IMG/VR virus record: IMGVR_UViG_2667528152_000001 | Source: an uncultured virus (IMG/VR IMGVR_UViG_2667528152_000001) | Lineage: Duplodnaviria; Heunggongvirae; Uroviricota; Caudoviricetes | DNA length: 64,000 nucleotides | Reading direction: 5' to 3' (one strand) | Shown: piece by piece, positions 1 through 8,267 of the stretch | How the letters are laid out: the number at the start of each line of letters is the position of its first letter | Numbering within the stretch: the first letter of the stretch is position 1 | Made by a program: the position numbers and the translations under genes | The notes under the pieces: generated by a model | Databases searched by the model: none | What the model was told of the DNA's origin: nothing | What the model saw: only the letters and a program-made list of their open reading frames with translations

Positions 1-420
1 TGCTCTATTGAAAAAACTAGACTTAGGGTAGCGATGATAAACAATGAACTGATGTCTGGTTAAGGAAATAGTTATTAAGCAATACAGATTTTATGATGCA
101 TACTGGCTGTTTCAATAATCATCCCGTACTTGACAGTACCTATCTAATTTTACATAAGTTCACCTCCCAATTTAGCTTACAATAAATAGACATTTAACTC
201 TTAAAGCGAAGAATTACGTTTACTAGTAAAATTATCAATCTATAAGTTACTAGACACCAGTGACAAAATAGTGTTGCCTAAATACTAGATTACATACCTT
301 TTATGAAACGTTTATGAAATAAAATTTTTTCCATATTATATTAATTTTTTTATTTTCAAAAGAGCTATGCTAATTTCTTTTATCCCTTACTCTAATCCAT
401 TTATATGAAATTCAGTTGTA

Positions 421-632
421 AAAATAAAGTCTTATGCTAACATAGTAGTTTATGTTTTATTAACGTTCTTTTGGGCGGCATTGGAGCGCATAAATTTTAC
501 GCAGGAAAAATAGGCCAGGTTTTTTTATATATTATTTTTAGTATTACCTTTATTCCTGGAATTATCGACCTTATCGAAGCTTTGATGGCTCTCGGAAAAC
601 AAACTGATGAATATGGAAATATCATCGTTTAA
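421..632 (+). pseudogene. TM2/NINE-domain membrane protein, frameshifted
   Basis: 471-632 reads LGGIGAHKFYAGKIGQVFLYIIFSITFIPGII...GNIIV* (TM2 motif). Upstream hydrophobic VVYVLLTFF is in another frame, consistent with a 1-nt slip in a T run near 469-471. Confidence 0.7.
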
Positions 633-643
633 TGAAACAAAAA

Positions 644-681
644 GCCTCACGCTCAATTTTTGGTCGAGGAGAGCGTGAGGC
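644..681 (+). promoter_or_regulatory. Stem-loop in the integrase leader
   Basis: gcctcacgctc/gagcgtgaggc perfect 11-bp stem with a TTTGG-containing loop, upstream of SD agaaagg at 743-749. Confidence 0.5.
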
Positions 682-804
682 AAGACAGTATAAGAAATAA
701 GCATTAAATGGCTCGTTTTCTTGTAGCTATTTTAGCAAATTTAGAAAGGTTAAGCAATCTGAACGGCTCCCTGTCAAGTAGACAGTCAAATAATAAAAGA
801 TAAG

Positions 805-1622
805 TTATGCAACCTGATTCCTGAATTCTAGAGGAGTCAGGTTGTTTAATTTTGATTGATAACGTTGTGTGTTGTAGAATTCGATATAACGTGCCACATC
901 ATTGACCAACTCATCATAAGAGTTGTATTTCTTAAGGTGGTAAGACTCAGTCTTGAAAAACCCAAAGAAACTTTCAGTTGGTGCATTATCAATACATTTG
1001 CCAATCCGGGACATGGATAAGGTCAGACCAGCTTGTTGTATGATATAACGGTATTCTTTGGAAGTATATTGACTACCTCAATCGCTATGGATGATAGGTG
1101 TGGCTCCTGGATTGAGCTCTAGCCCCTTTTTAATGGTCTTCATAACAAGTGGATTTCATTGTTGTGACTAATCTCATAAGCGATAATAGAACCGTTATAC
1201 AGGTCTTTAATCGCACTGAGATAAGCTTTAGCTCCCAGACCGTATTGAAGATAGGTGACATCTGTGCACCATTTCTGGTTATGAGCTGTGGCTGTAAATT
1301 CACGATTAAGAATATTTTCTTCGTAAAATCTGTCACCAGCTTTTGTACAAGCATGGCTAACACGACGAATGACTGAACTAATCCCCAGAATGTTCATCAA
1401 TCAACGAATCCGTTTCTTGTTTTAAGTTGTCCCAAGTTGACGATTAATAAATGTTGTCATACGGCGATAACCTAAGATACCATTGTAGAGTCTATGAAGT
1501 TCCTTGATTTTAGCCATTAGCTTTGTATTTTTTGTCTCAAAATCTGTTTTTTGACGATTGAGCCACTTGTAATAGCCTGAACGAGACCCCTTCAAGAGTT
1601 GGCATAAGGCCTGAATAGGCAC
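805..1622 (-). pseudogene. IS3-family transposase OrfB, fragmented
   Basis: Fragments LGYRRMT, KWCTDVTY..YLSAIKDLY and SRIGKCIDNAPTESFFGFFKTE are split across frames and stops. Confidence 0.85.
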
Positions 1623-1783
1623 ATTAGATTCCTCATCGTAATAATTCTTGATTACTTGGAACTCCGCTAAATGCTTACCTAGTCTTACCGTCTGTTTCCT
1701 CGTTTGATGTCTTCTAACTTTTTTAGTAAACTAACCTCGATTTCTAAGAGACGATTACGTTCCTCCAATTGTTTAATCTTGAG

Positions 1784-2187
1784 TTAAAGTTGCTCAATCT
1801 CGGTTAAATCAGGCCTACTCTCCAACCCTTTCACACGTCTATCAACCAAACCTTGTGAGCCATTCTTCTCAAGCTTACGCACCCAAGAATAAATTTGTTG
1901 GTAGGAAACACCAAACTTCTCAATAGCTGCTTGATAGTCTTTCCCATGGGCAATGGTGTAGTTAACAATCTCTACACGTTCTTCAAATGTGGCTTGCCTT
2001 CCTTGTTTCATACGGCTATATCCTCTACTAGTGGCTTTCAAGTCTTCACCACTAGTATACCGTTTTATCCACTTTTGGAGAACAGAGCGACTTGAGATAT
2101 CATACCATTTACAAATATCTCTAAGAGAGCCTTTTCCATCAAGGTAGCCTTGAACACCCTGTTCTTTAGCTAATGTGGAGTATATCA
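1784..2187 (-). pseudogene. IS3-family OrfA (HTH), truncated
   Basis: Tandem HTH motifs SLRDICKWYDISSRSVLQKW and YQAAIEKFGVSYQQIYSW. Confidence 0.75.
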
Positions 2188-3071
2188 ATGGCGTATTTCC
2201 GTAAACGCGACAACGGGTGGGAATATCGAATATCGTATAAACATATAATAGGAAATATATTACTTTGCAATATTACTTCCACTAAATATCAACAAGTCAT
2301 AAATCATTATAGTCAAACGCATGTGCAAGATACAGTAAAGCGTTTTAACATACATGTAAAAGCCTGCGTATCCATGGCTGTTCACGAGGGATATATAGAA
2401 AAAAATTTTTGTTTATTCACTAAGGTTAAAGCAAAAAATAAGGGGCGTAAATAGAGATAAAATTTCTTGAAACCAATGAATACTTACGCTTGATAAAAAT
2501 TTGTAAAGAAAAATCACAACATCAATCGTATGCAGCGTTATACCTCATCGCTAAAACTGGCATGCGCTTCGCTGAATGTTTAGGTTTAACAGTTAATGAT
2601 ATTGATTACACTAACAAATATTTATCAATTAATAAAACTTGGGATTATCATTTCAACCAAAGATACCTGCCAACAAAAAACAAAAGTAGTATCAGAAATA
2701 TACCAATTGACAATGATACATTATTTTTTTTGCATGAATTTACAAAAAATAAAAACGACAGATTATTCGACAAACTTTCAAATAATGCAGTCAATAAAAC
2801 TATCCGAAAAATAACTGGTCGCGAGGTACGAGTGCACTCTCTCAGGCATACATTTGCAAGCTATCTAATTTCCATCTCTCAAGTTTTAGATCACGAGAAT
2901 TTAAATATCACTTTAGAAGTTTACGCACATCAATTACAAGAACAAAAAGATAGGAACGATAAACTTAATCAGAGAAATTTGGGGCGGATTTGGGGCAAAA
3001 TAGCTCTAAACCGCTATTTACATGCAATGAATATGTCCCCTGCCGGAATCTACTACTATTGTACACAATAG
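2188..3071 (+). pseudogene. Phage-type tyrosine integrase, broken
   Basis: N-terminus MAYFRKRDNGWEYRISYK, TGMRFAECLGL, HSLRHTFAS and LDHENLNITLEVYAH. Stop at 2452-2454, and the gene is short for the family, suggesting internal deletions. Confidence 0.85.
3033..3050 (-). other. att core: 3' end of a tRNA (probably Arg-CCU)
   Basis: Reverse complement GATTCCGGCAGGGGACAT is a T-arm 3' half plus acceptor strand. The rest of the tRNA is absent. Flanked by ggggc/gcccc arm-like motifs at 2981-3000 and 3148-3170. Confidence 0.7.
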
Positions 3072-3170
3072 TTCATAATAGTCCAAGCGTTGATTTAATG
3101 GTTGTTTATAATAGTAAAAAGTTCAATGTAGTTTCATTTTTAATCTATTTTGCCCCTTTTTTGCACCCTT

Positions 3171-3350
3171 TCACCTCAATTCTCTCATAACGTCTTCCAC
3201 TCTCTCAACTGTCACAACTTCATCATCTCTCACTTCCTCGTGCGGCAACACATAATCAAATATCTTTCCGTTTTTACGCACTATCGCTACTGTGTTCCCT
3301 GAAATATAGCCTTTATCAATCGCTTCTTTAAACTCATCTATATATAACAT
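3171..3350 (-). CDS. prx: Paratox (ComR inhibitor), 59 aa
   Basis: Own translation MLYIDEFKEAIDKGYISGNTVAIVRKNGKIFDYVLPHEEVRDDEVVTVERVEDVMRELR. SD aggagg; typical att-adjacent position. Confidence 0.9.
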   Translation of the reverse strand: MLYIDEFKEAIDKGYISGNTVAIVRKNGKIFDYVLPHEEVRDDEVVTVERVEDVMRELR

Positions 3351-3453
3351 ATTTTATCCTCCTATCTATCTATTCGATAAAAAATCCTAAAAATAGACAA
3401 TTTTAAATTTTTCTGTTCTGATAGACAAAAAGATAAATATTTTAAAAAAAGTA

Positions 3454-3482
3454 TTGACTTTATATAGTACATGTATTATAAT
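3454..3482 (+). promoter_or_regulatory. SigA promoter of the small-peptide cassette
   Basis: TTGACT-17bp-TATAAT, with a tacatgta palindrome in the spacer. Confidence 0.75.
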
Positions 3483-3504
3483 TATATATAGAAAGGAGGA
3501 AGAT

Positions 3505-3630
3505 ATGAGAATATCAGAAATTGCTGATTTGCTTACTTCAATCGGAACTCTGTTGGTTGGTATAGCAAGCATAATCACAGCAATAAAAAAAGAACCTAAA
3601 AAGAAAAACCGGCCACGGAGATTCAAATAA
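3505..3630 (+). CDS. 41-aa hydrophobic peptide with basic tail (type I toxin-like)
   Basis: MRISEIADLLTSIGTLLVGIASIITAIKKEPKKKNRPRRFK; strong SD aaaggagg. Confidence 0.7.
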   Translation: MRISEIADLLTSIGTLLVGIASIITAIKKEPKKKNRPRRFK

Positions 3631-3698
3631 GGTTCTAGTAGTAGTTTGGGGCTCAAGCCCCTTGCCACTACTGATAGTATATCATATCTAAGACAAAT

Positions 3699-3764
3699 AT
3701 GAAATATTTGATTATTTTCGCAATTTGTTTAGTTGTATTTTACTTTATTAACAAGGATGATTGA
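3699..3764 (+). CDS. 21-aa hydrophobic peptide
   Basis: MKYLIIFAICLVVFYFINKDD; weak SD; stop abuts the next ATG. Confidence 0.45.
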   Translation: MKYLIIFAICLVVFYFINKDD

Positions 3765-3765
3765 A

Positions 3766-3936
3766 ATGGATAAAGAATTAACACCTCAAGAAAAAGCAAA
3801 TAAAAAGTGGGCAGAAAACAATAGAGAACATAGAACCTATCTATCAAAACGATCTACTGCTCGTAGTTTTATTAACAAAAATGCTACAAAAGAAGACTTA
3901 TTAGAATTAAAACAATTAATTGAAAGCAAACTCTAG
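3766..3936 (+). CDS. 56-aa helical, probably DNA-binding protein
   Basis: MDKELTPQEKANKKWAENNREHRTYLSKRSTARSFINKNATKEDLLELKQLIESKL; followed by hairpin aaccgc...gcggtt. Confidence 0.7.
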   Translation: MDKELTPQEKANKKWAENNREHRTYLSKRSTARSFINKNATKEDLLELKQLIESKL

Positions 3937-3976
3937 ACACACAAAAAAACCGCCCTCAATAGAGAGCGGTTAATAT

Positions 3977-4177
3977 TTATTTCAGTTTTTCTTTGACAGC
4001 ATCTACTGCCTCTTCAACAGCATCTTTAGCATCATCTGCTAGTTCTTTGCCTTTAGCAATTGTTTTTTCGACAAATCCTTTTGCTTCTAACTCTTTATCA
4101 CCGGTTATTTTGCCAAAGCCTTCTTTAAGACTGCCTGACGCTTGTTCAACTTTTGCTTTTAGTTTTTCTTGTGACAT
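3977..4177 (-). CDS. CsbD-family protein
   Basis: [28 protein letters not shown] motif. Confidence 0.85.
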   Translation of the reverse strand: MSQEKLKAKVEQASGSLKEGFGKITGDKELEAKGFVEKTIAKGKELADDAKDAVEEAVDAVKEKLK

Positions 4178-4286
4178 AATGTGGCTCCTTATTATTTTTA
4201 TTCTATGGTAACATTTTGATTATTTCTAGGCAAATAAAAAAGCAAGAACCGCTAGTGTCAGGCGATTCTTGCTAAATAATATGCAC

Positions 4287-4586
4287 CTATACTGTAATCT
4301 GCCTACTTACTTCAAAACTAAATCGTTGTTTTATTAAATCATTTATTTGTTTTGTTGAATTTACAATTTTTAGTTGACTTTTAATATGATTAAAATCATA
4401 GTAAGACAATAAATTGATAAAAGCAGAGTTTACAAAGGACGAACTTACTTCGCTAATTCCTGCGAACGAAACAGTCACGACTGTGTCTGTATAAAAATAA
4501 GATTTCAATTGTTCAAATAAAATCTCTCCCGCCTTGTTATCGTTAGAAAAATTCTTTGCTAGTTCTTTGACAGTTAACGTTACCAT
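4287..4586 (-). CDS. STAS-like (DUF4325-type) protein
   Basis: GEILFEQL...VTVSFAGISEVSSSFVNSAF pattern; overlaps the upstream ATPase gene. Confidence 0.75.
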   Translation of the reverse strand: MVTLTVKELAKNFSNDNKAGEILFEQLKSYFYTDTVVTVSFAGISEVSSSFVNSAFINLLSYYDFNHIKSQLKIVNSTKQINDLIKQRFSFEVSRQITV

Positions 4587-5485
4587 TCGAATTCTTCCTC
4601 CTCTTCTAAATCATATAAATTGTCATTCGATACATCTATTCGAATTTCAAAAAAAGTACCAGGATATGATTCCTCAGACGAATAACTTTGAGTAATTTTA
4701 TTATCTGATACCGAGACTATACCACAATTAGATATAATTGTAAAGTTCCCGACCTTGTTAGTAGTTAAAGTATTTACAATATTAGAAAGCCCTGCCCCTC
4801 TATTTTGAGGTATAGTTTCTGCAGAAACACCCTCTTGAAGAGCGAATTCTATTAACTTGTTGTCAGGCTCATCCTTTTTAAATTTTCGCTTTATAGACTG
4901 AGGGATTCCTATTCCGAAATCAGATACTGCTATTACAATCTCCTTGTTCTTGGGATAGTATTGCCCAAAAATACATCCCTTAGATTCCTTAGAATGATCT
5001 GCAATATTATTAAAAATTTCGTCAACCGCTACACAAATAGAACTAAACTCATTTGTTCTGCCAGTTTGCTTTTGTAACCAATTCTTAAAGTCTGTTACCT
5101 TCCATTGAGCTATTTGTTCAGTGTTAATAAATTTAATTTCAAAAGTAGTCGGGCGCAGTTCCGGCTCTTTATAAACCAATTTATCAAACACTTTAAAAAA
5201 GCCACAATCTACTAGATACAACATAGCTTGCCTTTGACGTTTATTTAAAGAGCTTTCTTCGCATATTAACCACTTGATGTTTGCATCTTTTCTTTTTGTA
5301 GCAAAAGTTAACATATTATATAACGAAATTACTCCACTAGGTTCCGCAAACTCAATGTTTCTCATATCTACTGTAAGTGTCCTGTTATCACTTAAAGCAA
5401 GTAATCTATTGAAATTGGTAACGATTTTCGTAATGTTATATTTGTTTAAATTCTGAGGAAGAACTAGATTATTCATTGATAACAA
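4580..5485 (-). CDS. STAS plus GHKL (histidine-kinase-like) ATPase
   Basis: N-box EIFNNIADHS, G1 DFGIGIP, G2 RGAGLS and GTFFEI; N-terminal VDMRNIEFAEPSG STAS-like strand. Confidence 0.8.
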   Translation of the reverse strand: MLSMNNLVLPQNLNKYNITKIVTNFNRLLALSDNRTLTVDMRNIEFAEPSGVISLYNMLTFATKRKDANIKWLICEESSLNKRQRQAMLYLVDCGFFKVFDKLVYKEPELRPTTFEIKFINTEQIAQWKVTDFKNWLQKQTGRTNEFSSICVAVDEIFNNIADHSKESKGCIFGQYYPKNKEIVIAVSDFGIGIPQSIKRKFKKDEPDNKLIEFALQEGVSAETIPQNRGAGLSNIVNTLTTNKVGNFTIISNCGIVSVSDNKITQSYSSEESYPGTFFEIRIDVSNDNLYDLEEEEEFEW

Positions 5486-5545
5486 CTTTCTTTATAATAG
5501 CGAAACTATTTTACTATTTTTATAAAGAGATTTCAATATTTCAAT

Positions 5546-5575
5546 AAAAATAGCCCTCGCTTTTGCGAGGGCATT
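5546..5575 (-). terminator. Intrinsic terminator after lysin
   Basis: gccctcgc-tttt-gcgagggc stem with a T-rich tail on the minus strand. Confidence 0.8.
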
Positions 5576-5582
5576 TGTCTTA

Positions 5583-5695
5583 TCTAAAGGAGCTTTACCT
5601 CCATAATTTTTTGCTACCGACATTGATGTCGGTTACACTAATTTAATTTGCCCCAAATACTGATACGGTTTCCGCTCTAAAGGAGTTTTACCTCC
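5583..5695. repeat. 20-bp direct repeat pair flanking a palindrome
   Basis: tctaaaggagctttacctcc (5583-5602) and tctaaaggagttttacctcc (5676-5695); accgacat-tg-atgtcggt at 5616-5633. Confidence 0.8.
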
Positions 5696-5699
5696 TAGT

Positions 5700-7043
5700 T
5701 TATACTTGTGTGGCATTAGCTAAATACTTATCTTCTACCCATTGGTCAGACTGAGAAGCATTAATGCGTGACCATCCATTCACTTTTTCGTAGACTCTTA
5801 CGCGAGTTCCTGCTTTGATAAATTCTTTATCAGCGCTACTTGCGTTTGGCTTAGACTCTACATAATAGTCTGTGCTAAGGGTTGCTTCGTAGTAAGGTAC
5901 ATTTGAGTTGTCTAATTTAGTGTTAGTATCTAGCTTTTGATTAAAAGTAAGCTGGCTTTGTGGTTCTTGTGGTTTGTCAATCTTAGGTATATCAACTTTG
6001 CTACTATCATCTGCTAATAATACAATATTTTTATCTAAACCACCTGCTACTCCTACACTTGTAAACTGCCACCAGCGCACACCATCCATTGAAGGGAAGA
6101 ACTCCCAAAGTGGGTCTTTTCGTACTTCATAATCTGGATAACCAGCTATCCAAATACTGTTTGGGTACTTAGCTATAATTTGTTGATAATCAATATTATT
6201 AAGCGTAAAAGGTTTGTAGCTGTAATAAATAGGCTTATATCCAGCGTTTGCAATTTTATCCATAAACACAATAACTGCATTAGTGTTAGCTTGTTTGTCA
6301 GCACTTGCAGAGTCTTCGTAGTCAATGACTAGGTAAGAAACTTTTTTACTTGGTAAATTGGACAAAAATAAATCTGCTTCTCGTTGTGCTAAGTTGATAT
6401 CTCCTCCAAATCGTCCGAAGTGATAATAACCAACAGGGTCACTAGTATTAGCTTGTTGCTGATGCCTGTCAGACAGCCAAGCGAGTGACTCAGATACTTT
6501 GATAATCGTTTTAGTAGTGCCCGCCTGCTGACAAGTCGTTGTTAAATCTGCTTGTTGATAAGCCGATACATCGATAAAGTAATCACCTTTATTTAAACCG
6601 GTATTATCAGTTACAGTAACAGCGTTTTTAAAGCTTTTTGGTCTAAAGGCTGTTGGATAAGTTGCTGAATATGGGATTTTTACAAGATTGTATGCACCGT
6701 TAGCACCCCCTTGATTTTGCCCCAAAAACCAGCCATATCCGCCTCCTGCATCGCTGTCAAAAATTGCTACATGACTGTAAGGCGTTACACCGTCAACAAC
6801 CATAAAAATAGCAACATCACCAGCTTGCATAACTTCCACTTCATCAAAATAGTTTAAGATACCATTTTCGTGACGTTGCTCCCATATATCCCTTGCGTAT
6901 CCTGTATTTGTACAGTTTGCGTATGGCAGTCCTAGATACTTACAGTAATCTGCGTAGCCATCCCAACATTGTGCACCGAAAGACCCATCAATATCATAAG
7001 CGTTACCATTTGACCTGCTTTTATATTCTTGATAAGTTGCCAT
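5700..7043 (-). CDS. Endolysin CHAP + GH25 + SH3 (B30/PlyGBS-like)
   Basis: AQCWD and SHVAIF CHAP motifs; IDVSAYQ and DYE GH25 motifs; C-terminal SH3b-like GWSRI. Confidence 0.95.
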   Translation of the reverse strand: MATYQEYKSRSNGNAYDIDGSFGAQCWDGYADYCKYLGLPYANCTNTGYARDIWEQRHENGILNYFDEVEVMQAGDVAIFMVVDGVTPYSHVAIFDSDAGGGYGWFLGQNQGGANGAYNLVKIPYSATYPTAFRPKSFKNAVTVTDNTGLNKGDYFIDVSAYQQADLTTTCQQAGTTKTIIKVSESLAWLSDRHQQQANTSDPVGYYHFGRFGGDINLAQREADLFLSNLPSKKVSYLVIDYEDSASADKQANTNAVIVFMDKIANAGYKPIYYSYKPFTLNNIDYQQIIAKYPNSIWIAGYPDYEVRKDPLWEFFPSMDGVRWWQFTSVGVAGGLDKNIVLLADDSSKVDIPKIDKPQEPQSQLTFNQKLDTNTKLDNSNVPYYEATLSTDYYVESKPNASSADKEFIKAGTRVRVYEKVNGWSRINASQSDQWVEDKYLANATQV

Positions 7044-7160
7044 TTACTCCTCCTTTCCAAAAAGTAAATAAATCGGATAACTAAAAAAAGCAACCACTGC
7101 AAGCGGTATGTACAGTATTGCTATTGCTAGTACCATTGCTATTTTAGTGATTGCACGCAT
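7044..7160 (-). CDS. 38-aa membrane peptide between holin and lysin
   Basis: MRAITKIAMVLAIAILYIPLAVVAFFSYPIYLLFGKEE; SD aggagg. Confidence 0.7.
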   Translation of the reverse strand: MRAITKIAMVLAIAILYIPLAVVAFFSYPIYLLFGKEE

Positions 7161-7168
7161 GTCCCCTC

Positions 7169-7396
7169 CTATTTTTTTGGCTCGTGGTAAGTCAATGCTT
7201 GCTCACTGTCTGAAAGACCTTCGGTTGTTGGGTCTGTAACAACTCCAAGTAATACCAAAAGCGTTACTGCTGTGTTTGCAATATCCGCAATATTTGACGG
7301 TAATTTAATACCTAATTGCTGCGCTAGCAAAAATATAGCTCCTAAAATAGCCATCAAAGTTACTTTGTTTTGTAGTCGTAATTTTAAATTAATCAT
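7169..7396 (-). CDS. Holin (phiLC3 family)
   Basis: INLKLRLQNK...LGVVTDPTTEGLSDS. Confidence 0.92.
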   Translation of the reverse strand: MINLKLRLQNKVTLMAILGAIFLLAQQLGIKLPSNIADIANTAVTLLVLLGVVTDPTTEGLSDSEQALTYHEPKK

Positions 7397-7691
7397 ATTT
7401 ATTTCTCCTATTAAATAATGTTTTTATTTGTTCCTTGTTGACAATGATGTCGTCTTCTGTTTTTCCGAGTCGTTGCTCGTGGATATCCAAGATTTTATGT
7501 ATCTTTTCCCTGTCACGCTGTGAGTCTTTTAGTTCGTAAGCCAGTTCTTTTATTGTGTCTTTAAGGGCGCTCATTGTATCTTCGTTTTTTTGCATCGCTG
7601 TTTTAAACGGATTAACAACAAACGCCCACAATCCAACTACCGATAAAATCGCCCCGCTTGCTGCGCCAATTTGTAGTATGTCAATGTTCAT
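7389..7691 (-). CDS. Lysis-module membrane/coiled-coil protein
   Basis: N-terminal TM segment plus coiled coil; upstream of holin. Confidence 0.7.
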   Translation of the reverse strand: MNIDILQIGAASGAILSVVGLWAFVVNPFKTAMQKNEDTMSALKDTIKELAYELKDSQRDREKIHKILDIHEQRLGKTEDDIIVNKEQIKTLFNRRNKYD

Positions 7692-7699
7692 TCATTGCC

Positions 7700-7828
7700 T
7701 CATTTTTCTTCTGTACCAACCGTTGAAACTTCGATTAGTTTGCGTACTCGCTCACGGCAAAACGCAGGAACATCATCAATAGTAATCCACCCAAGTTCAA
7801 TCTGCATTGCAAAGTAATTAATCATCAT
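7700..7828 (-). CDS. Small phage protein (XkdX-like)
   Basis: MMINYFAMQIELGWITIDDVP; SD aaaggag. Confidence 0.65.
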   Translation of the reverse strand: MMINYFAMQIELGWITIDDVPAFCRERVRKLIEVSTVGTEEK

Positions 7829-7850
7829 TGTTTTTTCTCCTTTTTTGTTT

Positions 7851-8267
7851 TTAAATATGTGTACTGCTATTTTCGCTAACGTTGTTAAGCGTTGTATCAT
7901 TTAATTTTCCTCCGTCAGCCATTGTCTTAATCAAATCGTTAACAGTTGCTGACATCAGTTTAATCATATTTTCCGCTTTATCTGATTGCGCCTTTGACTT
8001 AGCAATTGCGTCATTAATTTTTTCAAATTGTTCTGCTTCTGCTTTGTCTTTGTAAAGTTGCTCAAAGATAAGCTTTTCACACGTTTTTAAAGTTTCAGCA
8101 AACTTCTTGTCGTTTTCTTCCGCTGGTAGCGTCACTTCAAAATTTGCTTTGATTGTACTAGATGTAAAAGATAAAATCGCTTTAGTCTCTTTTACACTCT
8201 TGTCTTCCAGTAAAACTGGATACCTATTCAAAAAATCTAGCATAACTCCTCCTTTTATATTATCCAA
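7851..8267 (-). CDS. DUF1366-like phage protein
   Basis: Position after the tail fibre gene; true start probably MLDFLN near 8243. Confidence 0.6.
   Translation of the reverse strand: MDNIKGGVMLDFLNRYPVLLEDKSVKETKAILSFTSSTIKANFEVTLPAEENDKKFAETLKTCEKLIFEQLYKDKAEAEQFEKINDAIAKSKAQSDKAENMIKLMSATVNDLIKTMADGGKLNDTTLNNVSENSSTHI

Larger units (their letters stand above)
760..2187 (-). mobile_element. Degenerate IS3-family insertion sequence
   Basis: TG...CA termini (tgaacggctcc at 760; ggagtatatca ending 2187). Contains OrfA HTH and OrfB DDE fragments. Confidence 0.8.

Noticed and set aside
3387..3668. 93-aa minus-strand ORF
   Set aside because: It is antisense to the better-supported promoter and peptide; more likely the path of a non-coding antisense RNA.
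5583..5695. Mini CRISPR array
   Set aside because: Only two 20-bp repeats with a 73-nt spacer, no resemblance to streptococcal CRISPR repeats, and no cas genes.
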